Source of the DNA: an uncultured bacterium
Lineage (GTDB): Bacteria > Patescibacteriota > JABMPQ01 > CAVVCK01
Length of the DNA stretch: 64,000 nt
Assembly: GCA_963746775.1 (NCBI GenBank)
Contig: CAVVCK010000002.1
Location: 11,571-75,570 of the forward strand
Direction of reading: 5' to 3'
Shown here: positions 49,151 through 60,806 of the stretch, piece by piece
Layout: each line of letters begins with the position of its first letter
How positions within the stretch are numbered: position 1 is the stretch's first letter
The notes under the pieces: generated by a model
Seen by the model: only the letters and a program-made list of their open reading frames with translations
Told to the model about the DNA's origin: nothing
Databases searched by the model: none
Position numbers and translations under genes: made by a program

Positions 49151-50851
49151 ATCATTTAATTTTTGATTATTCACTTTGAATATTATAACAGAGCCTAATT
49201 CTTTATTTTCTTTAAATTCAACAATTTTTTCAAGAAAGCTAGCTTTTGATAATTTATTTTGATAATTCCAATCAATAGAATTTTTCCAAACAAATTCACC
49301 CATTATTTTTTTACCAGCATAAACATAATTAATATTATTATTTTGGTAATAATTTAAGGAAATTTGTGAATTAGGATTATAGATAGGATCGCAAAGTTTA
49401 TCATCGCCTTTGGAACAAGTGCTTCCGTCCAATACTTTTCTGTCTGTCAAAAGATTGAGATAGCTTCCCCATCCTGGATTTACAATAGTTCTTGGTATGG
49501 CCAAAATAATATCATCTTTCTTTGTATTATTATTTATCCATTCTATAGCTTGTTCATCAGAGTTTTGAATTCTTACTTGTTTTTCATATTCTGTAGCCTG
49601 GCTTATTTTATTTAGAGCAAAAAATGAAATGAAAATAACCAGAAGTGATATTATGATTACCTTTTTGTAATATTTATTTTGTATAATAACTATAAAATAA
49701 ATAAAGATAGCTGCCAAAATGCAAACAGGGATAGTAGCATCCCCCACTAATCTGGAGGGATAAATAAAAAAAGAAAATCTTGAACCAATCAAAAGAATTC
49801 CTCCCCAAATGATTAAGATTATTTTCGACCAAAAATATTTTTTATTAGTTAAAATATTATTATCAAAATTTATGAGTTGGTTGTATGGTGAAAATAAATT
49901 AATAATTCTTTTATAAAATTTATGCTTAAAAATAAAGGAAAAAATAAATAGAATAAACCCGCCGGTAGCTAATAATATAATGATTAGCGAGTAGGCTTTA
50001 ATATAATTGTTAAAGGCTGGCGGTATAGAAAAGAATATATCATTGCCAATGGTGATATTAGCTTGTTGAGTATTCCCTAGTAAATTTAAAAAACCAAGCA
50101 GTCTGCTAAAAGCGCTTTTAAAATAATAGTTCCACGTAAATAATAAAAATATTAAAATTGAAGGATATAGTAATAGAATAGACTTAGAAACTGTTTTTCT
50201 TTGTTTTGTATTTTTATAATAATAAGCTAATAGTATTATTAGAAAAATGCTCATAATCATTATCAAATATACTGTAGAAAGGGAGTGAGAAAGAATTGTT
50301 GAGCCAGCAAAAATTATTATTAGTAATAGATTTTTGTAAATAACGCTAGGTTTAATTTTTTTATTAAATAATAAGGGTATAAAAGAAAGCATAAAAACTA
50401 AAAAAAACTCAGCGGAAATTAAGTCTAGATATGTTCCGTCCTGATAGATACCAAAGAGGTTAGGAGAAATAAAAACAAACATTAAAAAGGCAATAAAAGC
50501 TATTTTATAGTTAAAATACCTTTTAGAAATAAAATAGATGCTGGAAATTGATAAAATAGTTAATAAGGGAGCAAAAAAAATGGTAGTAGCTGCTAAATTA
50601 CTTCCAGTAAGATATGTTAAAACTGCTAATAGAATATGGAAAAGAGGCGGATCAGCACTTCCCGGATGCACATCATAATAACCATTCTGTATAATGTATT
50701 TAGTTTCGGTCATATGGCGGGTTCCATCATCACCTGGTGGTACTAGATATCCAAATTTAAATATGCCATAATAATAGTTAAAAAATAAGAATACGAAAAT
50801 TAGAATTATTAACGAATAAAGTATTATTTTTTTAAAATAAATATTTGACAT
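49133..50851 (-). CDS. Polytopic membrane protein, GT-C-like
   Basis: PPGDD..H motif, PPLFH, many TM, AIEWINNNT C-terminal domain. Confidence 0.7.
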   Translation of the reverse strand: MSNIYFKKIILYSLIILIFVFLFFNYYYGIFKFGYLVPPGDDGTRHMTETKYIIQNGYYDVHPGSADPPLFHILLAVLTYLTGSNLAATTIFFAPLLTILSISSIYFISKRYFNYKIAFIAFLMFVFISPNLFGIYQDGTYLDLISAEFFLVFMLSFIPLLFNKKIKPSVIYKNLLLIIIFAGSTILSHSLSTVYLIMIMSIFLIILLAYYYKNTKQRKTVSKSILLLYPSILIFLLFTWNYYFKSAFSRLLGFLNLLGNTQQANITIGNDIFFSIPPAFNNYIKAYSLIIILLATGGFILFIFSFIFKHKFYKRIINLFSPYNQLINFDNNILTNKKYFWSKIILIIWGGILLIGSRFSFFIYPSRLVGDATIPVCILAAIFIYFIVIIQNKYYKKVIIISLLVIFISFFALNKISQATEYEKQVRIQNSDEQAIEWINNNTKKDDIILAIPRTIVNPGWGSYLNLLTDRKVLDGSTCSKGDDKLCDPIYNPNSQISLNYYQNNNINYVYAGKKIMGEFVWKNSIDWNYQNKLSKASFLEKIVEFKENKELGSVIIFKVNNQKLNDLLSSY

Positions 50852-50916
50852 TAAAATTTGTTATATTGACTGATTTACATAATAAACTAAAATAACTATA
50901 TAATATTAATAAACAG

Positions 50917-52602
50917 ATGACAATATTGGCTAATAAAGAAAAATTATATAGCTATTTAAAATTTTTAAAAATAGCTTTATTTATATTAATATTTTCTATT
51001 TTAAGCTGGCTTGCTTATAATAATTTTGCGCCTTTAGGAAAATTAGTATTAGAATATAATTTTAATAAGCAAGTAGCGCCCTTCCTCTCTCTTGAGAAAG
51101 GGCTGGATAATCCAGAAAAAAACATTGGCAGCAATGTTGGCTATAGCCGTGTTACCTCTAGCCCAGCCGAATTTTCATTGCAAATGCCCAGGAAATTTAA
51201 AAGTGTCGAAGTAGAAATTAAATATCTCAGTAGTTATCCCGTTCTAACTATTTCTTCTAAAAAAAATAAATCCCAAAATTATATCACAAAAATTTTAGAA
51301 TTAGGATTATCAGGTGAAACTTGGAAAAGAATTACTGATCAGGAAAAAGGATTAGTACTATTTCAACAGTATAAGTCGCTTACTCAAAAATCCAATACTA
51401 ACGCTGAAACAGAAAATACAGAAATTGCTTCTAATGAAGTTTCATCAAAACCATTTTTTGATTACAATAGAGTCAAATATTTTTTAAATGATTTAGATAA
51501 TATTGTAGAAAGAAAAGAAAAGAAAATAGCTTATTTTAATTATGATCTATCCGATAAAGCTAAAATACCAGCTTATAGTCCTTCCGAAGAAAAAACAGTT
51601 TTTGAAAAAACAATTAGAGGCAAACATAAAATTATAACTTATTTAGGAGAAAATGAAATTCTAGACTATGATTTTTACTATCAAGACATGAATAAAAAAG
51701 ATGGCCCCGATAGATTTAATGTATTCATAGATAAGGGCAATGAAACTATAGCTAGATACACAGAAAATGATGATGGTGATGAAACATCATCGGAAAAACC
51801 ATCTTCAATTAAAAATATCCATGTCTTGAGGGATGATTTAGAGCCAGGAAAATACGTTATAACTTTAGATATTAGCGATGACTTATATGTTAACAAAATA
51901 GAAACAGGACAAAAATATCTTGCTTTCCAAGATCATTTATTTTTAGAAAATTCAAAACAAAATTTAGATTTTTATACAGATGCAGAAAATCTAAGCCTGA
52001 GTACGTTGTATAATGATGGATTAGATCAAGATATTTTATCTGAAAGGCAAATATCCTACGACCAATTAGAACTTGAAAACTCAAAAAGTGCTAAAAAGGA
52101 AAACAGCCAGTCTTTATTAGATTTAAACGGAAATAATTTAGATAATAAAGTCAGTATAAATAAAATTAATTCTATCTATACTCTTTTAACTCCTGGTATT
52201 GCAAATAAAGTTAGTATTCCCAAAGATGATCTAGTTATAAATTACAAGGGTTTAATTGGCACTGATCCAGAAATTGTTTATAACTTAAGTAAGTTAGAAG
52301 AATTTGTTTATCCTCTGCAAAATGGTTTTGATTATAATGACGCTGATTATGTAATTACTGATTATTTTACAGAACCGAAAACTGAGGGACCATATAAAAT
52401 TTCTAAGCAAAAATTTAATTTGGATGAATTAGAAGTTGATGAAAATAATAAGGTCAATTTTTCTATCAATATCCTCGGTTATAATAGAAATAATAGTGAT
52501 TTAAAAATTGCTGGTGTAAAATTCACTTTGGAAAAAGAACCTTGGAATTTATCTTTCTTGATAAATAAAATTAAAAGCCATTTAAAAAATGAAAGATTCT
52601 AA
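50917..52602 (+). CDS. Membrane-anchored extracytoplasmic hypothetical protein
   Basis: 561-aa ORF with one N-terminal TM. Confidence 0.75.
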   Translation: MTILANKEKLYSYLKFLKIALFILIFSILSWLAYNNFAPLGKLVLEYNFNKQVAPFLSLEKGLDNPEKNIGSNVGYSRVTSSPAEFSLQMPRKFKSVEVEIKYLSSYPVLTISSKKNKSQNYITKILELGLSGETWKRITDQEKGLVLFQQYKSLTQKSNTNAETENTEIASNEVSSKPFFDYNRVKYFLNDLDNIVERKEKKIAYFNYDLSDKAKIPAYSPSEEKTVFEKTIRGKHKIITYLGENEILDYDFYYQDMNKKDGPDRFNVFIDKGNETIARYTENDDGDETSSEKPSSIKNIHVLRDDLEPGKYVITLDISDDLYVNKIETGQKYLAFQDHLFLENSKQNLDFYTDAENLSLSTLYNDGLDQDILSERQISYDQLELENSKSAKKENSQSLLDLNGNNLDNKVSINKINSIYTLLTPGIANKVSIPKDDLVINYKGLIGTDPEIVYNLSKLEEFVYPLQNGFDYNDADYVITDYFTEPKTEGPYKISKQKFNLDELEVDENNKVNFSINILGYNRNNSDLKIAGVKFTLEKEPWNLSFLINKIKSHLKNERF

Positions 52603-53011
52603 TTTAGCAGAAAAAGAAGATTTAATTATCTTTATAAAAAAAATTATTAATGAGATATTTTCTTTAAGTTTAGTTTTTTATTTAATTTTATTTCTTTTAG
52701 AAGAAATAAAGTCTAATTTTGTTTCAAATTATCTTAATATAAATATTTTTTTAATTTTAACTATAATTAGCGGCATTTTGGCTGTATTAACTAAAAGCGA
52801 TGAAGTTTATAAAATTAATGAGAAAAATAAAAAAAGAGAAGTGTTTGATTATATCATAGCTTCTGTTTTGGGGTTAATTGGTGGAATAGTTACCTATTAT
52901 AAAATCACTGATATAGAACACTGGCTTTCTTTATTGATTTCTTTAATGATTTTTATATTAATATTTTTGATAGCTTTATTGTTTTTAGATAAAGATGAAG
53001 ATTATGAATAA
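52589..53011 (+). CDS. Four-TM hypothetical protein
   Basis: Four hydrophobic segments; overlaps the upstream gene. Confidence 0.7.
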   Translation: MKDSNLAEKEDLIIFIKKIINEIFSLSLVFYLILFLLEEIKSNFVSNYLNINIFLILTIISGILAVLTKSDEVYKINEKNKKREVFDYIIASVLGLIGGIVTYYKITDIEHWLSLLISLMIFILIFLIALLFLDKDEDYE

Positions 53012-53020
53012 TTGTAATTT

Positions 53021-54457
53021 ATGGAAATAGCCAAAACAGCGACGAGAAATGCATTTTTTTTGTCTATAGCTGATATTCTTTCTAAGATTATCAATTTTTT
53101 TTACGTGGTTTTGGTAGCAAGATATCTAGATATTGATAATTATGGTGTATTAATGTTTGCTTTAGCTTTTGTGGAACTCTGTAGTATAGGATTAGATCTT
53201 GGCCTATCTACTATATTAACAAGAGAAATTGCTAAAGATAAAATAAAAATGAATGCTTATTTTAATAATATAATTTTTATAAAAATTATATTATCATTTA
53301 TTACTTTATTTATTGTAAGTTTAATATTAATTTTTGCTGGATATGGTGAAATTATAAATTTTATAATTATTATTTTGTTTATAGCTGCAATTATTAATTC
53401 ATTTGCTTCATTACCATCCTCTATCTTCCAGGCATTTAATAAGATGTATTATTTATCAATATGCAGAATTTTAGCAAGTATAATAATTTTTTTAGGAGCA
53501 CTAGTATTAATAAAATTTAATGCCTCTGTTTTTCAATTTTCTTTTTTATATTTAATTTCTAGTATTATTCTTTTAATATTTTCATTTATTATTTACTTAT
53601 TAAAATTTAAAGGTAAATTATTTTTTGTATACAATAAAATACTATGGCTTAAATTAATTAAGTTTGCTTTACCATTTGGTATTTCTGTTATTTTTGTAAC
53701 TATATATTACAGAATCGATAGTGTAATGCTAAAATATTTTAGAACTGATGCCGAGGTAGGTTTTTATAATGCAGCCTATGGTTTTATCCTTGCTTTGAGC
53801 TTTATACAGGGCATAATAATTACTGCAATATTTCCAATAATGTCTAGACTTTATGTAGATTCTAAAATATTATTAAAAAATCTATACGAAAATTCTTTTA
53901 AAATACTTGCTATCCTAGCCTTTCCAATCGGAATTAGCATTACTCTTTTGGCAGATAAAATTATATTATTAATATATGGAGATAAATTTGAAAATTCGGT
54001 GTTACCTTTGCAAATATTGGTTTGGGCTTTAGTATTTATGTTTTTAAATGTAGCAACAGCAAATTTACTAAATGTTGTTAATAAACAAAAAATTGTAGCA
54101 TTTCAAATAATTTTAGCTGCAATTTTTAATGTTTTAGCTAATATATATGCTATTCCAAAATTTGGTTCAGTTGGTGCAAGCATCACTACAGTACTTTCAG
54201 AAATTTTAGCTTTTACCTTACTTTTATCGGTTAGCTACAAATTAAATTATGGCCTTAATGGTAAAATATTATTAAATCTTTTAAAAATTATTTTTTGTTC
54301 AACATTAATGGGAATACTACTTATATATGTGAAAAATTTAAATTTGTTTTTTGTTGTATTGATAGGCAGTTTTTCATATTTCCTACTAATTTATATTTTA
54401 AAAGTAGTAGATAAAAATAACATTAATTTAATTAAAAATTTGATAATAAAAAAATGA
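53021..54457 (+). CDS. Wzx-type flippase (paralog of 47720)
   Basis: ARYL...NYG, DLGL, IYYRIDSVML, VGFYNAAY. Confidence 0.9.
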   Translation: MEIAKTATRNAFFLSIADILSKIINFFYVVLVARYLDIDNYGVLMFALAFVELCSIGLDLGLSTILTREIAKDKIKMNAYFNNIIFIKIILSFITLFIVSLILIFAGYGEIINFIIIILFIAAIINSFASLPSSIFQAFNKMYYLSICRILASIIIFLGALVLIKFNASVFQFSFLYLISSIILLIFSFIIYLLKFKGKLFFVYNKILWLKLIKFALPFGISVIFVTIYYRIDSVMLKYFRTDAEVGFYNAAYGFILALSFIQGIIITAIFPIMSRLYVDSKILLKNLYENSFKILAILAFPIGISITLLADKIILLIYGDKFENSVLPLQILVWALVFMFLNVATANLLNVVNKQKIVAFQIILAAIFNVLANIYAIPKFGSVGASITTVLSEILAFTLLLSVSYKLNYGLNGKILLNLLKIIFCSTLMGILLIYVKNLNLFFVVLIGSFSYFLLIYILKVVDKNNINLIKNLIIKK

Positions 54458-55617
54458 AAATAGCTATAGATGTGAGAATTGCCCAATATAGCGATAACCA
54501 GTCTAGAGGATTTGGATATCTAACAAGAAATTTAGTGAATAATCTAATTCATTACGACAAAAATAATGAATATTTTATTATTGGCTACAGAGGAATAAAT
54601 AAATTTTTAACTTTAAATAAAAATGTTAAAACCTATGAAATGTTTAGTATGGTAGAAGCAGATTTCTATCAACATTTTTATCGACATACAAAATTACTTG
54701 AAGCAATATATTTTAACCATATCATTCAAAGTAATAATATAGATACTTTATTAACCTTTTCTTCTGGTAATCGAGATTATATTATAAATACGCTTTCTAT
54801 TTGCAAAACAATAAAAGTATTTTGGGATTTAATTCCCCTAGTTTTTGAAGATGTTTACCTGAAGAAAAAAAATGAAAAAAGAATATTTCTAAAATCTCTA
54901 AAAGCTTTTGAAAAATCAACAGCAATTATTTCAATTTCTAATAGCTCTAAAAATGATTTATTAAAACATATTAATTTTCCTCAAAACAATATATTTACAA
55001 TTTATCCTGGTGTTGCTTCTGAATTTTCACCAAAAAATAAAGACCAAATCTTAAAAATAAAGACCAAATATAAAATTAAAAATAAATATTTATTTTATGT
55101 TGGTGGTTATGATTTTAGAAAAAACATTGGAGCAGTAATTGAGTCATTATTAAAAATACCCAAGGAGATATTAAAAAATTATCAATTAGTTTTAGCCGGT
55201 AATATGTATGATAAGGAAAAGAAATTATTTACTAGAATGGCTCAAAAGCTTAATGTTTCAAACAACTTATTATTTACAGGTTTTGTTTCTAATAATGATT
55301 TGCCTATATTGTATTCTGGAGCTGATATTTTTCTTTTTCCATCGTTATATGAAGGTTTTGGACTACCCCTGATAGAAGCTATGGCTTGCGGTTGTCCTGT
55401 AATTGCTTCCAATAATTCTTCGATACCAGAAGTTGTTGGCGATGCAGCGCTGATGGTTAATCCTAAAAATAACGTTGAAATAGCAAATGCTATTTCAAAA
55501 ATATTGAGAAATGATCAGTTAAAAAATAATTTAATTAATAAGGGATATGAAAGAGTAAAAAGATTTACTTGGAAAAACGCTGCGCAAGAAACTATTAAAA
55601 TATTTAATAAACTTTAA
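54454..55617 (+). CDS. GT4 glycosyltransferase (mannosyltransferase-like)
   Basis: [22 protein letters not shown]. Confidence 0.92.
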   Translation: MKIAIDVRIAQYSDNQSRGFGYLTRNLVNNLIHYDKNNEYFIIGYRGINKFLTLNKNVKTYEMFSMVEADFYQHFYRHTKLLEAIYFNHIIQSNNIDTLLTFSSGNRDYIINTLSICKTIKVFWDLIPLVFEDVYLKKKNEKRIFLKSLKAFEKSTAIISISNSSKNDLLKHINFPQNNIFTIYPGVASEFSPKNKDQILKIKTKYKIKNKYLFYVGGYDFRKNIGAVIESLLKIPKEILKNYQLVLAGNMYDKEKKLFTRMAQKLNVSNNLLFTGFVSNNDLPILYSGADIFLFPSLYEGFGLPLIEAMACGCPVIASNNSSIPEVVGDAALMVNPKNNVEIANAISKILRNDQLKNNLINKGYERVKRFTWKNAAQETIKIFNKL

Positions 55618-56765
55618 TCCTGATTAGATACTTTTAAAAATATTTCTTTTATTTTTTCACTGACTTTATTGGCATCAAAAAGTTCTAGTGCTCTTTTCCT
55701 AGATTCATTACCTAAATTTTTTCTAAGTGCCTTATCTTTATAAAGTTTTTTTAAGTGTTTAGATAATTCATAGCTATCAGCAGGTGGTACAAGTATGCCA
55801 CAATTACCAATTACTTCTGGAATTGAACCTGATAACGTTGAGATTACTGGTTTACCACAGGCCATACTCTCAATTAGAACCATACCAAATTGTTCTTGCC
55901 AACCTGGTACTGGAATACTGGCCAATACAAACAAATCTGCTAAATTATGAATTTTAGGAATAAATGAATATTCTATTTTTTTAATAATTTTAACATTATT
56001 AGATATATTTAAACGTTTTGAAATTTTTATTAATTTATTATACATAGGACCATCACCAATTATTAACAATTTAATATTTTTGTCTCTGTCTATTAATTTT
56101 TTTACTGATTTAATAACATCATGTATCCCCTTTTCCCAAACTAATCGTCCAATAGTTAATATAATAAAATCATCATTTTTTAGATTATATTTTTTTAATA
56201 ATTGCTTATCTTTATTTTGAGGTAAAAATTTTTCCGTATCTATTCCCATAAAAATTACAGAAATTTTGTTTGGATCAACTCCTTCTAAAATTAAAGTGTT
56301 TTTTGCTCTTTCGGTAGTGGCTATAAAATGATCTACTTCTTTTATAGCTCTTGCCTTATTTTTTCTTTGTTTACTAAATATTTCGTTTGAAAAAGGAATA
56401 TTTTCCCATATAGTTACAATAACCTTTTGTTTTGGATTGCGTTTTTTTGAATTTAATGCTTGAATAGTGGCAGGATTAAAAGTTTCAATAGTATTAATAA
56501 TATCAAATTTTTTTAAATACTTCGTTAAAAAAGGTAGGTAGTCACTATTTCCAAATAAATATGTTCCAAGATAGTGGGTTATTAGTGATTTTTGAAATAA
56601 TTTAGCGAGAGAATAAAAACATTTCAAAGGAAAATTAATTTCCTTTGTGTCAAAAATAGCAGGTTTAGCATAGATTCCTTCTATTTGAAAATTATCAACT
56701 AAGGGTTCATAGTTTTGTATTTCCCATTTATTAATTGTAGCTCCACGAACAATAGCTATTCTCAT
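55614..56765 (-). CDS. GT4 glycosyltransferase
   Basis: GRLVWEKG, WQEQFGMVLIESMACG. Confidence 0.92.
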   Translation of the reverse strand: MRIAIVRGATINKWEIQNYEPLVDNFQIEGIYAKPAIFDTKEINFPLKCFYSLAKLFQKSLITHYLGTYLFGNSDYLPFLTKYLKKFDIINTIETFNPATIQALNSKKRNPKQKVIVTIWENIPFSNEIFSKQRKNKARAIKEVDHFIATTERAKNTLILEGVDPNKISVIFMGIDTEKFLPQNKDKQLLKKYNLKNDDFIILTIGRLVWEKGIHDVIKSVKKLIDRDKNIKLLIIGDGPMYNKLIKISKRLNISNNVKIIKKIEYSFIPKIHNLADLFVLASIPVPGWQEQFGMVLIESMACGKPVISTLSGSIPEVIGNCGILVPPADSYELSKHLKKLYKDKALRKNLGNESRKRALELFDANKVSEKIKEIFLKVSNQD

Positions 56766-56815
56766 AATAATTTATATTAAAATTTTCTCATAAAAATAAC
56801 CAAAAAGCAAATAAA

Positions 56816-57961
56816 ATGCGTACAAAATCAACAAAAATAAGAATTGGTATAGATATTTCTGAAATTGCCTCAAAAGAAAAAACAGGCAGTGAATATTTTG
56901 AATTAAATTTAATTCAAAATATTTTAAAAATAGATAAAAATAATTATTTTATTTTATATACTTATCAAGATTTTGATACTAGCATTTTACCAAATACTAA
57001 AAATTATAAAATTCGTAAAATAATTACTAAACATCAAACTTTATGGGAAAATTTATATTTACCCTATTTATTAATAAAAGATAAACCCGATATCTTTGTT
57101 TCTCTCAACCATTTAGGACCAATTTATTGCCCAACAAAATATATCTCCGTAATATTAGATCTAGCCTTTATCGTTAATAAGGAAACATTTAAAAAAGTAG
57201 ATCAAATAATTTTTAAATTATATGCAAAGCATGCCATAAAAATTTCAGACCACATTATAACAATTTCTGATACCACAAAAAATGATGTTTTGAAATATTA
57301 TAAACTCTCCTCTAATAAAATATCTTCTGTACTTTTGGGATTTGATAAAGATATTTTTTACAGACGCGGTAATGATGAAGTTAATTTAGTAAAAAATAAA
57401 TATAGCATTAGAGGAAATTACATTCTTTTTGTAGGTACCCTACAAAAAAGAAAAAATATATCTCGTTTAATTTCTGCTTTTGCTAAATTAAAAAATGAGT
57501 ATAAAATTAAGGAAAAACTAGTTATTGTAGGTAAGAAAGGTTGGTTATATAATGATATTTTTGTAAAAATAAAAAAGCTAGAATTATCTAATAGTGTAAT
57601 TTTTACTAGCTATGTTCCAGGTTCTGATTTGCCGGCGCTATTTTCTGGAGCAACTGTTTTTATACTCCCCTCTTTATATGAAGGATTTGGCTTACCTCTA
57701 CTAGAAGCAATGGCTTGTGGTACTCCTGTTATTACCTCAAAGATTTCATCTTTACCAGAAGTAGTGGAAGAAGCTGGAATTTACATTAATGATCCCTATT
57801 CGGAAAATGAAATTGCAGAAAAAATTAATTTAGTTGTAAATAATAAGCCATTACAAAAAGAATTAAGTCAAAAAGGATTTTTACAAGCACAAAAATTTTC
57901 TTGGAAAAATTGTGCTGGTAAATTTTTATCAATAATAGAAAAAACTGTTGAAAAAAAATAG
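56816..57961 (+). CDS. GT4 glycosyltransferase
   Basis: [27 protein letters not shown]. Confidence 0.92.
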   Translation: MRTKSTKIRIGIDISEIASKEKTGSEYFELNLIQNILKIDKNNYFILYTYQDFDTSILPNTKNYKIRKIITKHQTLWENLYLPYLLIKDKPDIFVSLNHLGPIYCPTKYISVILDLAFIVNKETFKKVDQIIFKLYAKHAIKISDHIITISDTTKNDVLKYYKLSSNKISSVLLGFDKDIFYRRGNDEVNLVKNKYSIRGNYILFVGTLQKRKNISRLISAFAKLKNEYKIKEKLVIVGKKGWLYNDIFVKIKKLELSNSVIFTSYVPGSDLPALFSGATVFILPSLYEGFGLPLLEAMACGTPVITSKISSLPEVVEEAGIYINDPYSENEIAEKINLVVNNKPLQKELSQKGFLQAQKFSWKNCAGKFLSIIEKTVEKK

Positions 57962-59087
57962 ACGAATAAAAATAGGTATTGATGCCAGACCTATGGTCGA
58001 AGAAAATAAAGATGGCATATCTTTATACACACAAAATCTTATACACGAGATGATAAAAGATAATTCTATTGATTTTGTTTTATATTTCAATAAAAAACAA
58101 GCTAATATAAATCAAAGTAATGTATCTAATAGAATTTTAAACGGAATTAATATAGCCTGGCCGCAAATAAGACTGTCCTTGGACTTTATGATCAATAGAC
58201 CTAAGCTCGACTTGTTTTTATCCCCTGCCCATTCTGTACCTCTTTATTGCCCATTTAAATCAATTGCGGTAATTCATGATTTAGCCTATTTCAAGTTCAA
58301 AGAATATTTTACAAAATTTGATTATTTTATGTTGTCTAAATTAACAACCAATATAGCTATTAGAAAAGCCAGTCATTTAATTGCTGTATCAAAATCAACA
58401 AAAAATGATATTATAAAATACTTTAATATTTCCCCTGAAAAAATTACAGTTATTTATGAAGGTTTTAATAACAGAGTTTATTACCCACGAAGTTTACAAG
58501 AAGTAAATAATATAAAAAATAAATACAGTATAAAAAATAAATACATTCTATGCGTTGGAACACTACAAAAAAGAAAAAATATTGTTAGATTAATAAAAGC
58601 TTTTGCTAAAATAAAAAGACATGATAAAATTAGTGATAATTTAGTTATTGTTGGTAAGCGTGGTTGGCTTTATAAAGAAATATTTGAGATTGTTAAGAAA
58701 TTAAAATTAGATAAAGAAATTATTTTTACAGATTACGTTCCTTTAGATGACTTGCCTGTATTAATTAGCGGAGCAAAATTTTATATCCTTCCTTCTTTAT
58801 ATGAAGGATTTGGGCTTCCCTTGCTAGAAGCAATGGCTTGTGGAACACCAGTTATTACTTCCAAAATTTCATCTCTACCAGAAGTTTGTGATAGGGCGGG
58901 GTTATTAATTAATAACCCTTATTCAGTTGAAGAAATATATCAAAAAATAAAAAAATTATACTTTAATGAAGATTTACAAAATCATTTGTCGAAAAAGGGA
59001 CTTATAAGATCTCAAGAGTTTTCCTGGAAAAAGTGTGCTCAAGAAACAATTAAAGTAATTAAAAATACTATCAATGATAATGCCTAG
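57948..59087 (+). CDS. GT4 glycosyltransferase (tandem paralog of the preceding gene)
   Basis: [41 protein letters not shown]. Confidence 0.92.
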   Translation: MKKNRRIKIGIDARPMVEENKDGISLYTQNLIHEMIKDNSIDFVLYFNKKQANINQSNVSNRILNGINIAWPQIRLSLDFMINRPKLDLFLSPAHSVPLYCPFKSIAVIHDLAYFKFKEYFTKFDYFMLSKLTTNIAIRKASHLIAVSKSTKNDIIKYFNISPEKITVIYEGFNNRVYYPRSLQEVNNIKNKYSIKNKYILCVGTLQKRKNIVRLIKAFAKIKRHDKISDNLVIVGKRGWLYKEIFEIVKKLKLDKEIIFTDYVPLDDLPVLISGAKFYILPSLYEGFGLPLLEAMACGTPVITSKISSLPEVCDRAGLLINNPYSVEEIYQKIKKLYFNEDLQNHLSKKGLIRSQEFSWKKCAQETIKVIKNTINDNA

Positions 59088-60036
59088 AGTTGCTATTATA
59101 TTGTTAAACTATAATGGCCTAAAAGATACTTCGGAATGTTTAGAATCTCTGAAAAAAATAAATTATGATAATTATGAAGTTATAGTAGTGGATAATGCGT
59201 CTAAAAATAATGAAGCTGATATTTTAGAGAGAAATTTTAAAAACTTCGCTAAAATTATAAAATCCAAAGAAAATACTGGTTTCGCTGAAGGAAATAATAT
59301 AGGTATTAGATATGCTATCAAAAATAATGATGATTATATTTTAATACTAAATAATGATACTATTGTTCAACCAGAATTTTTAAAGAATATGATTTTAACA
59401 TCTTTTCATAAAAAGGCAGAAATGGTTTCCCCAAGAATTTATGATTATTATAATAGAAATGAAGTTGATCGTTTGGGTCAAACTTATACAAAATCAGGCT
59501 TATTTTTCGATAGAAAGGATACTAAATATCGCTTATTTACTCTATCTGCCTGTTGTGCTCTTTATTCTGTAAAATTATTAAATTCTGTCACAGAAAATGG
59601 TAATTATTACGATCCAGATTTTTTTATGTATGCCGAAGATAGTGATTTAGGATTCAGAGCTATATTAAAGAATTTTAAATCTGCTATAGCAAATAAAGCA
59701 ATTATTTTTCATAAAGGATCAGCTAGTGCTGGCAAAAAAAGTGATTTTTCGCTGCATTTACTACATCGTAATTCAGCCTGGATAATAATTAAAAATTTAC
59801 CAACTACCATATTAATAAGATATTTTCTTTGGATATTATTAATACAGATTATTATAGTTGTTTATTATATATTCAAAGGAAAACCAAAATTAATTCTAAA
59901 AGCAAAATGGGATTCATTAAAAGGTTTTTCAAAAATGCTTAAAAAAAGAAAATTTATTCAAAAAAACAGAATAATTTCAAATAAAAATTTAATAAAACAA
60001 ATAGAAAATAAACTGATTATAAAAGAATTAATATGA
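59074..60036 (+). CDS. GT2 glycosyltransferase
   Basis: VVDNAS, NTGFAEGNN, LNND, FFMYAEDSD. Confidence 0.92.
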   Translation: MIMPRVAIILLNYNGLKDTSECLESLKKINYDNYEVIVVDNASKNNEADILERNFKNFAKIIKSKENTGFAEGNNIGIRYAIKNNDDYILILNNDTIVQPEFLKNMILTSFHKKAEMVSPRIYDYYNRNEVDRLGQTYTKSGLFFDRKDTKYRLFTLSACCALYSVKLLNSVTENGNYYDPDFFMYAEDSDLGFRAILKNFKSAIANKAIIFHKGSASAGKKSDFSLHLLHRNSAWIIIKNLPTTILIRYFLWILLIQIIIVVYYIFKGKPKLILKAKWDSLKGFSKMLKKRKFIQKNRIISNKNLIKQIENKLIIKELI

Positions 60037-60806
60037 TTAAAAATCAGTCATTAATTGCAGCTTGTTTAGTAGTATATAATGAAGAAAAGAATATTAGACG
60101 TTGTTTAAAGAGTTTAAAGGGAATAGTCGATGAGATCATTGTTGTGCATGACGGTAAATGTAGTGATAAAACACTGGAAATTGCTAAAGAATTTACTAAC
60201 AAAATTTATATACAACCTCATATAGGAGAAGCTGAGCCTCATCGAGAATTTTCTTTTAGCAAGGCATCGTCAGAATGGATCCTACAAATAGATGCTGACG
60301 AAGCCATCTCTCAGGAATTAAAAAATAACCTAAAAATACTTATTTCTAATAAAGATATTAATGGTTATTATTTATATTGGCCTAAAATGTATAAAGGAAA
60401 ATATATTACACATGGCCCATTAAGTGATTCATATAAGCTTTGCTTATTTAGAAAACATAAAGTTAAGCTTACTGGTATTCCACACGAAATACCAAGTATA
60501 GAAGGAAGAACAAAAAAAGTAAATTATCAGTTAGAGCATTATGAAAAATTTAAAAACGATTGGGAATCATTCAAAACAAAATCAATGAAATGGGCAATAA
60601 TTGATGCCAAATATCGAATTAAAAATGGATATGCTCCAAAAAATAAATATTATTATTTAATAAAAGGTACTACTTATTTCTTCTTAGGCCTTGGGATGAA
60701 TTTCTTCAAAGGTTATTTTTTAAACGGTTGGATAGGTATTCAACATTCATTTTTTTCCGCCGCTTATTATTTTTTTATTAATTATAATATCTTTAAGCTA
60801 AAATAA
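60033..60806 (+). CDS. GT2 glycosyltransferase (WaaE/KdtX-like)
   Basis: YNEEKNI..CL, D..SDKT, WILQIDADE, HE. Confidence 0.9.
   Translation: MIKNQSLIAACLVVYNEEKNIRRCLKSLKGIVDEIIVVHDGKCSDKTLEIAKEFTNKIYIQPHIGEAEPHREFSFSKASSEWILQIDADEAISQELKNNLKILISNKDINGYYLYWPKMYKGKYITHGPLSDSYKLCLFRKHKVKLTGIPHEIPSIEGRTKKVNYQLEHYEKFKNDWESFKTKSMKWAIIDAKYRIKNGYAPKNKYYYLIKGTTYFFLGLGMNFFKGYFLNGWIGIQHSFFSAAYYFFINYNIFKLK

Noticed and set aside
56816-59087. Nucleotide similarity between adjacent GT4 genes
   Set aside because: Ordinary tandem paralogy concentrated in conserved motifs.
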